64,000 bases of DNA from an uncultured Gemmatimonadales bacterium (GTDB taxonomy: Bacteria; Gemmatimonadota; Gemmatimonadetes; Gemmatimonadales; GWC2-71-9): the NCBI GenBank assembly GCA_963779755.1, contig CAVZZO010000003.1, forward strand, positions 992,001-1,056,000, in the 5' to 3' direction. Positions 34,906 through 43,411 of this stretch are shown in pieces (the stretch's first letter is position 1; each line of letters begins with the position of its first letter). The notes below the pieces were generated by a model. The model ran no database searches. It was not told the origin of the DNA and saw nothing but the letters and a program-made list of their open reading frames with translations. Both the position numbers and the translations under genes were made by a program.

Positions 34906-36060
34906 ATGGTAATCGTCTCTCACCGCGGCGCCGCCCGCTGGGTGCGGGGGCACCCCTGGATCTACCGCGGCGACGTGCTGGAAGAGCCGGGCCGGGCCGG
35001 CATCGTCACCGTCGCCGACCCGGACGGGCGCACCATGGGCCAGGCCCTGTACTCGCCCCGCTCGGAGATCCGCCTCCGCCTGCTGGAGCGCGGCCCCCGC
35101 CCGGTGGATGCCGGCTGGTGGCACGACCAGATCGCCGGGGCGCTGCGGCGCCGGGAGTCCATCGACGCCACCGCCTGGCGGGTGGTGCACGCTGAAGGCG
35201 ACGGGCTGCCCTCCCTGGTGGTGGATCGCTACGACCGCTGGGTGGTGGCCCAGCTACTGTCGGCCCCGCTGGAAACCGCCCGTGCCGACATCCTCGAGGC
35301 GATCAACGGTGTCCTGGAGCCCGAGGGCATCCTGCTCCGCAACGATGCGGCGGTGCGCCAGCGCGAGGGGCTGCCCCGGGAGATCGAACTGGTGGCGGGC
35401 GCCGTGCCCGAGACCATCGAAATCCGGGAGGGTGCGGTGCGCTATCTGGCCGCACCCCGGGGCGGACAGAAGACCGGCGCTTTCCTCGACCAGCGGGAGA
35501 ACCGGCTCCGGGCCGGCCGGCTGGTTCCCGAAGGCGGCAGCGCCCTCGATTGCTTCGCCTATCACGGCTCCTTTGCCCTCCATCTGGCACAGCACGCCGG
35601 CCAGGTCCTGGCGCTCGACAGCAGCGCCGAAGCCCTGGCACGGGGCCGGGAAAACGCCGCGCTCAACGGCCTCGATAACATCGCCTGGCAGCAGGGAGAC
35701 GTCTTCGCGCTGCTGCGCGAGTATGAACGGGCCGGGCGCCGCTTCGAGACCATCGTGCTCGATCCGCCGGCCTTTGCCAAATCCCGGCAATCGGTGGCCG
35801 GCGCCGTCCGCGGCTATACCGAAATCAATCTCCGGGCCATGCGACTGTTATCGCCGGGCGGCCACCTGCTCACCGCCTCCTGTTCCTATCATCTCTCCCG
35901 GCCGCAATTCCTCGGCCTGCTGGAACAGGCGGCGGCCGATAGCGGCCGGCGGATCATTCTGCGGGAACTGCTGGGCCAGGCGGTCGACCATCCCGAGGTG
36001 CTGACGATCCCCGAAACGGGCTACCTGAAGGGCGCCGTGCTACAGGCGGGCGACGCGTAA
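34906..36060 (+). CDS. RlmI-like class I SAM-dependent rRNA methyltransferase (PUA domain)
   Basis: GHPWIY, EGDGLP.LVVDRY, GQKTGAFLDQRENR, LDCFAYHGSF, LDPPAF, SCS. Confidence 0.88.
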   Translation: MVIVSHRGAARWVRGHPWIYRGDVLEEPGRAGIVTVADPDGRTMGQALYSPRSEIRLRLLERGPRPVDAGWWHDQIAGALRRRESIDATAWRVVHAEGDGLPSLVVDRYDRWVVAQLLSAPLETARADILEAINGVLEPEGILLRNDAAVRQREGLPREIELVAGAVPETIEIREGAVRYLAAPRGGQKTGAFLDQRENRLRAGRLVPEGGSALDCFAYHGSFALHLAQHAGQVLALDSSAEALARGRENAALNGLDNIAWQQGDVFALLREYERAGRRFETIVLDPPAFAKSRQSVAGAVRGYTEINLRAMRLLSPGGHLLTASCSYHLSRPQFLGLLEQAAADSGRRIILRELLGQAVDHPEVLTIPETGYLKGAVLQAGDA

Positions 36061-36076
36061 CAACGGGTAAGACGCT

Positions 36077-37402
36077 TCACCGTCGCTCGACCCAGGTAAC
36101 AATGTCGTCGACGACTTCCCGGGCCAGATGCGCCGGCTGGGCATACTCCGACGGGGTGCTCTTCCCGCTGCCGGCAACGAAGAGGTGGTTCAGGGCCGGG
36201 TAGGTCTTGAACGTCACGGCGCTGTCGCCCGCCAGCCCTTCCCGCCAGTTGGCATAGTCCGCCATGGTCACCTGGTAGTCCCGCTCTCCCTGCAGGATGA
36301 GCATCGGCATGGAGAGCGTGCGGGCCACGGCAACCGGCTGATAGGCGTCCAGGTCGAGCCAGTAGGCCGCGGGGGCGCCCAGAACCACCGCGGGCGAGGC
36401 GCTGTCGGCGGGGGTGAGCGCGCGGACCTCGGCGATGCCGGCGCGCATCCTGTCGAAGGCCTCGGTGGACGCTTTGCTGTCGCCTCCCGGAAGCGACTGC
36501 AGGTAGGCGAGCTGCTGTTCCATGACATCTTCCAGCCGCCGGGTCGTGCCCGCCATGATGATGAGCCCGGCGATGTCCGGGTCGCGCTGCCCGATGCGCG
36601 GCGCCATCATCCCGCCCAGGCTGTGTCCCAGCACGAACACGCGCGCGCTGTCGACGCCCGGCGTCTGCCGCAGCAGTTCGACGGCTGCCACCGCGTCGTT
36701 CACAGTCTCCCGGTCGACCGTGAAGGGCCCGTGAAACTCCTCGGGATGAGCCCGGGTGCGCTTTTCATAGCGATAGACGGCGATGCCCCGGCTGGCCAGC
36801 CCCCAGGCCAGATCGCGGAACGGCTTGACCCCGCCGACCGTCTCGTCCCGGTCGTTCGGCCCGGAGCCGTGCACCAGCACCACGGCGGGAAAGGGTCCGG
36901 CGCCGGTGGGGACGCTCAGGGTGCCCGGCAGCGCGCCGGCGCCGGAACCCACCGGCATCTCCCGTTCGGAGAAGGCGCTGGTATCTGCGTAGGGCGGAAC
37001 CTGCGGACCGGCCTCCTGGTGCGGCTGGAAGAACAGGCCGCTGACCCGCTGCTCCCCATCGAACACGACCTTGGCGTCGAGCACCGCCCGCTCGAAGGTG
37101 GCGGGCACGACGACGATGATATAGCCGCCGGAGGTGGAGCGCTGCGGCGTTCCCAGCTTCTGGAGCGCGCCCACCTGGCCCTGCAGCGTTTCCCAGGTCT
37201 GGCGCAGCCTGGGCTCGGGCAGCGCCTGGCGCATGGTGGAATCGAAGCCGGCTGCCGCCTCCGCGTACCGGCCGTCGTTCAGCTGCCGGATCAGCCTGAC
37301 GGCCGCCGTGTCCAGCTCGGGCGCCGGCTCCTGGGCGTCGAGAGGCTCGGTCACCATCCCCACGAGCAGGACAGCGGCGCAGAGCGGGAATATCGAGAAC
37401 AT
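36077..37402 (-). CDS. Exported alpha/beta hydrolase with a DUF3887-like N-terminal domain
   Basis: Signal peptide; VHGSGPNDRDE, GHSLG, QGERDYQV, LNHLF. Confidence 0.85.
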   Translation of the reverse strand: MFSIFPLCAAVLLVGMVTEPLDAQEPAPELDTAAVRLIRQLNDGRYAEAAAGFDSTMRQALPEPRLRQTWETLQGQVGALQKLGTPQRSTSGGYIIVVVPATFERAVLDAKVVFDGEQRVSGLFFQPHQEAGPQVPPYADTSAFSEREMPVGSGAGALPGTLSVPTGAGPFPAVVLVHGSGPNDRDETVGGVKPFRDLAWGLASRGIAVYRYEKRTRAHPEEFHGPFTVDRETVNDAVAAVELLRQTPGVDSARVFVLGHSLGGMMAPRIGQRDPDIAGLIIMAGTTRRLEDVMEQQLAYLQSLPGGDSKASTEAFDRMRAGIAEVRALTPADSASPAVVLGAPAAYWLDLDAYQPVAVARTLSMPMLILQGERDYQVTMADYANWREGLAGDSAVTFKTYPALNHLFVAGSGKSTPSEYAQPAHLAREVVDDIVTWVERR

Positions 37403-37663
37403 CGCGCAGGGCTCCTTTCGGTCCCGGGCCCCGGGGCCCGGGGCCGGATCGGTACGATCCTGGTGGAATATGCCGTACCGTCTCCCGGCTCGGGACCCCC
37501 TTCGGCCGGTGGGGCGCATTGACACCTCTGCGCCGGGTCACGAGTTTTGTCGGAGCGTGTCTCCATTATCCCTCTCCAGCCGCCGCCGCGCGAGTCCTCG
37601 CGTCCGGGGGCAGCGTGTCGGTACTCGCAGCATGCGTCTGGCGTCCGTCCTCCATCTCCACCC

Positions 37664-38527
37664 ATGCTGACCCTCGACCAGGTCCGGCGGCAGCGCCGCC
37701 GGCGCACGCCCCCGTCGCTCAAGCAGCAATACCAGGAATACATCCTTCAGCGCATCGAGAGCTTCAAGAACTCGCTGGAGCGGGACGAGCTGCTGCGGCT
37801 GGGCGACGAAGCAGTGGCCGAGCTGAACGCGACCCGCGAGGGACAGTTCGTGCTGACGGAAGTGCTCATGCTCGACTCAGTGGACCGGCTGATCATGAAG
37901 CGCCTGCGCCTGCGCTCCTACCGCCGCTGGCGCCAGCACGTGCTGGCGCTCCGTGCGGCCCAGCGCGAGCCGACCCACTGGGGCCTGGAGACCCATAGCC
38001 CCATCACCGGGCTCCTGCCGCGCATCGAACCGGGCGATCACATCGTGCTGCTCGGCGCCGGGTTGGAGGCGGAAGCCTGCCTGGCCGCCGCCCATGACGC
38101 ATCGGTCACCTTCCTCTCGGCCGACCTGGGCGTGGTGGAGCGGGCCGAACTGCGGGTGGCGGCCGAGTCACTGGCAGCCGGCTTCGCCGCGCTCGTCGTC
38201 CAGTACGGATGCTGGTTCCCCGACCTCGACCCACCGGCCGATGCCGTGGTGGTCGAGACCGCCGCGCTGGTCGACCTTGAACCGCCCGCCCGCGTCGACC
38301 TGATGCGCTGCCTGCAGCAGTGCATCGCGCCCGGCGGCATTCACGTACTGGTGCCCGGCGAGCCGCACCTCGCCCCCGAGGCGCTCCTGCCCTTCTACGC
38401 CGGCTGGGCCCGCGAGCCCGATCCGGTATCGCGGAGCTCCCGGCACCGTAAGGCAGGCCTCATCCTCTCCCCCCCGGTGTGTCAGATCGACATGGACCTG
38501 GACGCGTCGAAACGACACACCTCCTGA
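37664..38527 (+). CDS. Hypothetical protein: helical N-terminus and a degenerate Rossmann/methyltransferase-like C-terminus
   Basis: Typical codon usage; IVLLGAG and IAPGGIHVL resemble class I methyltransferase motifs. Confidence 0.6.
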   Translation: MLTLDQVRRQRRRRTPPSLKQQYQEYILQRIESFKNSLERDELLRLGDEAVAELNATREGQFVLTEVLMLDSVDRLIMKRLRLRSYRRWRQHVLALRAAQREPTHWGLETHSPITGLLPRIEPGDHIVLLGAGLEAEACLAAAHDASVTFLSADLGVVERAELRVAAESLAAGFAALVVQYGCWFPDLDPPADAVVVETAALVDLEPPARVDLMRCLQQCIAPGGIHVLVPGEPHLAPEALLPFYAGWAREPDPVSRSSRHRKAGLILSPPVCQIDMDLDASKRHTS

Positions 38528-38579
38528 GTTCGCTCAACCCAACTCGCTGCCAGACATGTACTTGCATTGGCAGCCGTCG

Positions 38580-38595
38580 CGGCACGACGGCTGCT
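38580..38595 (+). promoter_or_regulatory. Candidate sigma-54 promoter
   Basis: CGGCACG-acgg-CTGCT with exact GG-N10-GC spacing; it also forms one arm of a 10-bp inverted repeat. Confidence 0.35.
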
Positions 38596-38644
38596 TCCTT
38601 ATTAGAGGGCAGCAGTGCGGCACAACCTCAGTAAGGAAGGCACC

Positions 38645-38812
38645 GTGGAACGCATGCGCATGGCCCCGGTCGAAGAGCCGCTGGGAATCGTGATCCGGAA
38701 CGCCCGGCCCGCCAAGCGGCCCGCCGTCATCTGGGCCTACATGTGGGCCGCCGATGACGACGACACCCAGGAACACTGGCATCAGCAGGTCCCCAAAGAA
38801 CACGCGGCCTGA
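38645..38812 (+). CDS. Small hypothetical protein, about 55 aa
   Basis: AAGGAAGG RBS before a GTG start, GC3-rich codons, followed by a terminator-like hairpin. Confidence 0.5.
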   Translation: MERMRMAPVEEPLGIVIRNARPAKRPAVIWAYMWAADDDDTQEHWHQQVPKEHAA

Positions 38813-38836
38813 TCGCGTTGCTCCGCCCAAGACCAC

Positions 38837-38867
38837 AGCGCCCCGGTTTCCGGGGCGCTTTGCTTTC
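38837..38867 (+). terminator. Intrinsic terminator
   Basis: agcgccccgg-ttt-ccggggcgct followed by ttgcttt. Confidence 0.65.
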
Positions 38868-38957
38868 CAGCCGGCTCACATCCCTTCCCGCCGATGCCTG
38901 AAAGCACTTGGGGCCGGCGACGGCCGGCCCCTTGGTGCTCCTGCAAACTGCTGGCGG

Positions 38958-39083
38958 CTACTTCTTCCGCTTGGCCGCCTTCTTCCGCGGCGCGGCCTTT
39001 TTGGTCGCCGCTTTTCTGCGCGTGGACTTCTTCGCGGCCTTCTTGGAGCTCTTCTTTGCTGCCTTCTTCCGTCGTGCCGCCAT
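38958..39083 (-). CDS. Histone-H1-like Lys/Ala-rich basic microprotein, 41 aa
   Basis: MAARRKKAAKKSSKKAAKKSTRRKAATKKAAPRKKAAKRKK; AGGAGGAG RBS immediately upstream; hairpin at 38910-38931 downstream. Confidence 0.75.
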   Translation of the reverse strand: MAARRKKAAKKSSKKAAKKSTRRKAATKKAAPRKKAAKRKK

Positions 39084-39324
39084 AACTCCTCCTGTGATGA
39101 TGAAGTGAGCCGTTGCCGGCTCGAGAGAGAGAAGAGTGAACGACTCTTCTCGCAGAACATGGGATGAAGCAGAACGGCAGGCAGCGGGCCAGAACGTGCT
39201 CCCGCGCCAGTACAAGATTTGACATTCTGTCCAATAGCGCAATAGTTCGCAGCGGATCAGGTGGTCGAGCGGCCTCCTCGCGACCACTTATATTCCGGAA
39301 CGAACTCCTCCCGGCCACGATCTC

Positions 39325-42273
39325 ATGCCCACGCTCACCATCAACGACCACGCCATCGAGTTCCAGCCCGGCGCCACCATCCTCGATGCGGCGCGGGCCG
39401 CCGGCATGGATGTGCCCACGCTCTGCTGGTACCCCCGGCTGCCCACCGTCGGCAACTGCCGTATCTGTCTCGTGTCGGTCGAGGGCCAGGCCAAGTTGAT
39501 GCCGGCCTGCGCCACGCCGGCCGCGGAAGGCATGGTGGTGCGTACCGAGTCGCCGGCGGCAGTGGAAAACCGGCGCGGGGTGTTGCAGTTCCTGCTCGAG
39601 CGCTACCCGGCCGCCCACCTGCAGAACGGCGGCCGGGAACATCCGCGGAACGATTTCGAGCGGTACGTGGTCCGCTACGACGTGCCGGTGCGGCCCCGGC
39701 ACGAGCTTCCGCTGCGCACGGGCGACGAGCGGCCCGGCGACGTAATGATCCAGCACGACATGAGCCTGTGCGTGCTCTGTACCCGGTGCGTGCGGGCCTG
39801 CCTCGATATCCAGGAAGTGGGCGTCCTGGAGGTGGGAGAGCGCGGCGGCGAAACCCGGATCATAGTGGGCGGCGACGGCGATCCCGATCACGCGGGCTGC
39901 ACCTGGTGTGGCGAGTGCGTGCGGGTCTGCCCCACCGGCGCCATCTTCGAGTTCATTCCCCACCAGCGCTTCGGCAGCGAGGCCCTGGCCCATCCCGACC
40001 GGGTGGCCCGGTCGGTGTGCCCCTATTGCGGCGTGGGATGCCAGGTGGATTTGCACCAGAAGGACGGCGAGCTCATGCGGGTAACCTCGCCCTGGATCGA
40101 GGAAGACACCCCCAACCAGGGCTCCACCTGCGTGAAGGGCCGCTTCGGCTACGACTTCGCCCAGCATCGCGACCGGCTCACCACACCGCTCATCCGCAAG
40201 GGCTGGGTGCAGGAGAACGATCGCTGGATCTGGCGCGGGGAGTGGCCCCGCCACCGCGAAGGCCCCTGGCAGACCATCGTCGAGGGCGCCCAGGGGGAAA
40301 AGCCGCGGCCGCCCGGCCGGACGGTGGGCAAGCGGCGGCTGACCGGCACGCCGGCAACCCGGACCTCGGATGTGCGCGACCGCGCGTCCACGCCGGCCGA
40401 GTGGTTCAGCGCCTTCCGCGAAGCCACCTGGGAAGAGGCCATGAGCCTGACGGCCCAGGAGCTGGCGCGGGTGCGCGACGAGCACGGGCCCGATGCGGTG
40501 GCTTCGCTCTCCAGCGCCAAGTGCAGCAACGAAGACAACTACGTCTTCATGCGGATGATCCGCGGGGCCATCGGCACCAATAACGTCGACCACTGCACCC
40601 GGCTCTGCCACTCGACCTCCGTGGCGGCCATGAGCCGCGCCCTGAGCACGTCCGCCGCCTCCGGCTCGATGCGGGAAATCGAGGAAGCCTGCGACGTCAT
40701 CTTCATTGCGGGCGCCAACACCACCGAGTCGCATCCGGTCTTCGGCGCGCTCATCAAGCGAGCCGTCACCCGGGGCGCCACGCTCATCGTGGCCGATGTG
40801 CGGCAGACCGAGCTGGCCCGGCTCGCCGATATTCATCTCCAGCTGCTGCCGGGAACCGACGTCGCCCTCTTCTCCTCGATGCTGGCCTGGATCATCGAGC
40901 AGGGCCTGGTCGACCGGCAGTTCATCGCCGCGCGCACCCGCGATTTCGAGCAGGTCCGGGAAGCGGTGCGCCCCTACACCCCGGAGCTGGGCGAGAAGCT
41001 CACCGGCGTCCCCGCCGCGCTCATCCGCCGCGCGGCCGAGGCCTACGCCCGCGGGCCCCGCACCTCCACGCTCTGGGCCATGGGCCTGACCCAGCACGCC
41101 ACCGGAACGGATATCGTCGCCAGCCTGCTGAACCTGATTCTGGCCACCGGCATGATCGGCCGCTGGGGCGCGGCCATGATGCCCATCCGGGGCCAGAACA
41201 ACGTGCAGGGCGCCAGCGACATGGGCGCCATCCCCTTCGTCTACACCGACTACCGTTCGGTCAAGAGCCCGGAGCACCGCGCCGACTACGCCCGCGCCTG
41301 GGGCGTGCCGGAGGAGCGGCTCTCCCTCAAGGAGGGCCTCATGACCACCGAAATCACCGCGGCGGGGAGCGGTGTCCGGGCGGTGTACATCATGGGCGAG
41401 AACCCGGTGCTCTCCGATCCGGATATCTCCCACGCCGAAGACTGGGTGCGCAGCCTCGAGTTCCTCGCGGTGCAGGACCTCTTCCTCACCGAGACCGCCC
41501 GCTGGGCCGATGTGGTGCTGCCCGGCTCGTCCTTTGCCGAGAAGGCCGGTACCTACGTCAATACCGAGCGGCGCATCCAGGTCACCGAACCCGCGCTGGA
41601 CCCGCCGGGCGAGGCCCGGGCCGACCTCGACATCCTCTGCGACCTGAGCAACCGGCTGGGGCTGCCCACGCATTACGCCGGCCCCGCCGACGTCATGGTC
41701 GAGATCGCCTCGGTGACTCCGTCCTGGCGCGGCGTCACCCACGAACGCCTCCGCGGCGCCGGGCTGCAGTATCCGGTCCCCACGCCGGACTCGCCCGGCA
41801 CGGCCTTCCTGTTTGCCGAGAAGTTCCCCACGCCCGACGGCCGCGGCATATTCGTACCGGTGGAGTACCTGCCGCCCAGCGAATTGCCCGATGAAGAATT
41901 CCCCTTCATCCTCGGCACCGGACGGCAGATGTACCACTGGCACACCGGCACCATGTCGCGCCGCAGCGAAGGCCTCGATTCCCGCGAGCCGGTGCCGGTG
42001 GTGGAAGTCAATCCGGCCGATGCCGGACGGCTGGGGGTCGGCGACGGCGATACCGTGCGGGTACGCTCGCGCCGGGGCTCGATCCTGATCGGCGTGCGCG
42101 TCTCCGACCGCCAGGCGCCGGGGCAGATCTTCATCCCCATGCACTACCGGGAGGCGGCGGCCAATATCCTTACCAATCCCCGGCTCGATCCCTACGCCAA
42201 GATCGCGTCGTTCAAGGTGAGCGCGGTGGCGATTACGGCGGTACGGGCAGAAACGGCGGTAGAGGCGGTATAG
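39325..42273 (+). CDS. fdhF: Molybdopterin formate dehydrogenase alpha subunit (Cys-ligand type, with N-terminal Fe-S domains)
   Basis: 2Fe-2S motif (C..GNCRIC..C), CVLCTRCVRAC, CTWCGECVRVCP, CPYCGVGC, CTRLCHS, PIRGQNNVQG, GTYVNTERR. Confidence 0.9.
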   Translation: MPTLTINDHAIEFQPGATILDAARAAGMDVPTLCWYPRLPTVGNCRICLVSVEGQAKLMPACATPAAEGMVVRTESPAAVENRRGVLQFLLERYPAAHLQNGGREHPRNDFERYVVRYDVPVRPRHELPLRTGDERPGDVMIQHDMSLCVLCTRCVRACLDIQEVGVLEVGERGGETRIIVGGDGDPDHAGCTWCGECVRVCPTGAIFEFIPHQRFGSEALAHPDRVARSVCPYCGVGCQVDLHQKDGELMRVTSPWIEEDTPNQGSTCVKGRFGYDFAQHRDRLTTPLIRKGWVQENDRWIWRGEWPRHREGPWQTIVEGAQGEKPRPPGRTVGKRRLTGTPATRTSDVRDRASTPAEWFSAFREATWEEAMSLTAQELARVRDEHGPDAVASLSSAKCSNEDNYVFMRMIRGAIGTNNVDHCTRLCHSTSVAAMSRALSTSAASGSMREIEEACDVIFIAGANTTESHPVFGALIKRAVTRGATLIVADVRQTELARLADIHLQLLPGTDVALFSSMLAWIIEQGLVDRQFIAARTRDFEQVREAVRPYTPELGEKLTGVPAALIRRAAEAYARGPRTSTLWAMGLTQHATGTDIVASLLNLILATGMIGRWGAAMMPIRGQNNVQGASDMGAIPFVYTDYRSVKSPEHRADYARAWGVPEERLSLKEGLMTTEITAAGSGVRAVYIMGENPVLSDPDISHAEDWVRSLEFLAVQDLFLTETARWADVVLPGSSFAEKAGTYVNTERRIQVTEPALDPPGEARADLDILCDLSNRLGLPTHYAGPADVMVEIASVTPSWRGVTHERLRGAGLQYPVPTPDSPGTAFLFAEKFPTPDGRGIFVPVEYLPPSELPDEEFPFILGTGRQMYHWHTGTMSRRSEGLDSREPVPVVEVNPADAGRLGVGDGDTVRVRSRRGSILIGVRVSDRQAPGQIFIPMHYREAAANILTNPRLDPYAKIASFKVSAVAITAVRAETAVEAV

Positions 42274-42336
42274 GCGGTAAAGGCGGCATAAGGCATCCAT
42301 ACCGCCATACCGCCCCTACCGCCCTTACCGCCCTTA
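42237..42336. repeat. Inverted pair of GGCGGTA-family 9-mer repeats overlapping the fdh stop codon
   Basis: ggcggtacg..ggcggtaga-ggcggtata-ggcggtaaa-ggcggcata facing ataccgcc-ataccgccc-ctaccgccc-ttaccgccc. Confidence 0.85.
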
Positions 42337-42367
42337 TATTTCCGCCGCCTCTTACCCTTCCGTGTCC

Positions 42368-43411
42368 ATGCGCGCCCTTGTCAAGGAAACACCCGGGCCG
42401 GGGATGGTTCTCCGCGACGTGCCCCGTCCCGCCTGCGGTCCCAACGAAGTGCTCATCCGGGTGCATGCCGCCGGCATGTGCGGTACCGATCTGCATATCT
42501 GGGAGTGGGACGCCTGGGCCCGGGGGCGGCTCCGGCCGCCGCTGGTCATCGGACACGAGTTTGCCGGGGAAATCGTGGAGCTGGGCCACGAGGCGGAAGC
42601 GGCCGGGCTGCTGGCCCCGGGCGACCTGGTGACCGCCGAGGGCCACATCGTCTGCGGCCATTGCGTGCCCTGCCGAACCGGCGATTTCCATGTCTGCCGC
42701 CGGACCCAGATCATCGGGGTGGACCGCGACGGGGCGTTCGCGGAATACATCGCCATGCCCGCCACCAACGTGATGCGCCTGGACGGCATCCCCCTCGAGG
42801 TCGGCGCCATCATGGACCCGATCGGCAACGCCGTCCATACCGTCCTGGAAGGCGAGCGGGTCACCGGCAGCTTCGTACTCGTGGTCGGCTGCGGCCCCAT
42901 CGGCTGCTTCGCCGTGGGGGTGGCGCGCGCGGCGGGAGCCGCCCAGGTCATCGCCACCGACCTGAACCCCCGGCGCCGCGAGATCGCCCGCGCCATGGGC
43001 GCGGATCACGTGCTCGACGCCGCCGATCCCGGCCTCCAGGACCGGCTCGCCGGGATCACCGCCGGCGACGGCTTCGACCTGGTCTGCGAGATGAGCGGCC
43101 ATCCCAGCGGCCACGCGCAGGCCCTCGCCGCGGCGCGGCCCGGCGGACGCCTCAACATGCTGGGCACCCCGGTTCGTACCACCGAGGTCGACTTCGCGCG
43201 CGACGTCATCTTCAAGGGCCTCACCGTCTACGGCGTCACCGGGCGGCGCATGTACCGGACCTGGCACCAGGCGGCCCGCCTGCTCCGCAGCGGCAGGTTC
43301 GACCCCATGCCCGTCGTCACCCACCGCCTCCCCATGGCGGATATCGCCAAGGCGATCGGCGTCATCAAGGACGGCTCGGCCGGCAAAGTGATCCTGGAGA
43401 TCGGCTCATGA
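42368..43411 (+). CDS. tdh: L-threonine 3-dehydrogenase
   Basis: CGTDLHIWEWD, GHEFAG, EGHIVCGHC..C, GNAVHT, GCGPIG; coupled to kbl. Confidence 0.93.
   Translation: MRALVKETPGPGMVLRDVPRPACGPNEVLIRVHAAGMCGTDLHIWEWDAWARGRLRPPLVIGHEFAGEIVELGHEAEAAGLLAPGDLVTAEGHIVCGHCVPCRTGDFHVCRRTQIIGVDRDGAFAEYIAMPATNVMRLDGIPLEVGAIMDPIGNAVHTVLEGERVTGSFVLVVGCGPIGCFAVGVARAAGAAQVIATDLNPRRREIARAMGADHVLDAADPGLQDRLAGITAGDGFDLVCEMSGHPSGHAQALAAARPGGRLNMLGTPVRTTEVDFARDVIFKGLTVYGVTGRRMYRTWHQAARLLRSGRFDPMPVVTHRLPMADIAKAIGVIKDGSAGKVILEIGS

Noticed and set aside
40600..40620. Selenocysteine recoding in formate dehydrogenase
   Set aside because: The ligand codon is TGC (Cys) in RLCHS, and there is no in-frame TGA.
38782..42300. 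1172-aa antisense ORF over fdh, and similar long shadow ORFs across the window
   Set aside because: These mirror GC3-biased genes that have clear motifs on the opposite strand, and they carry no recognisable domains.
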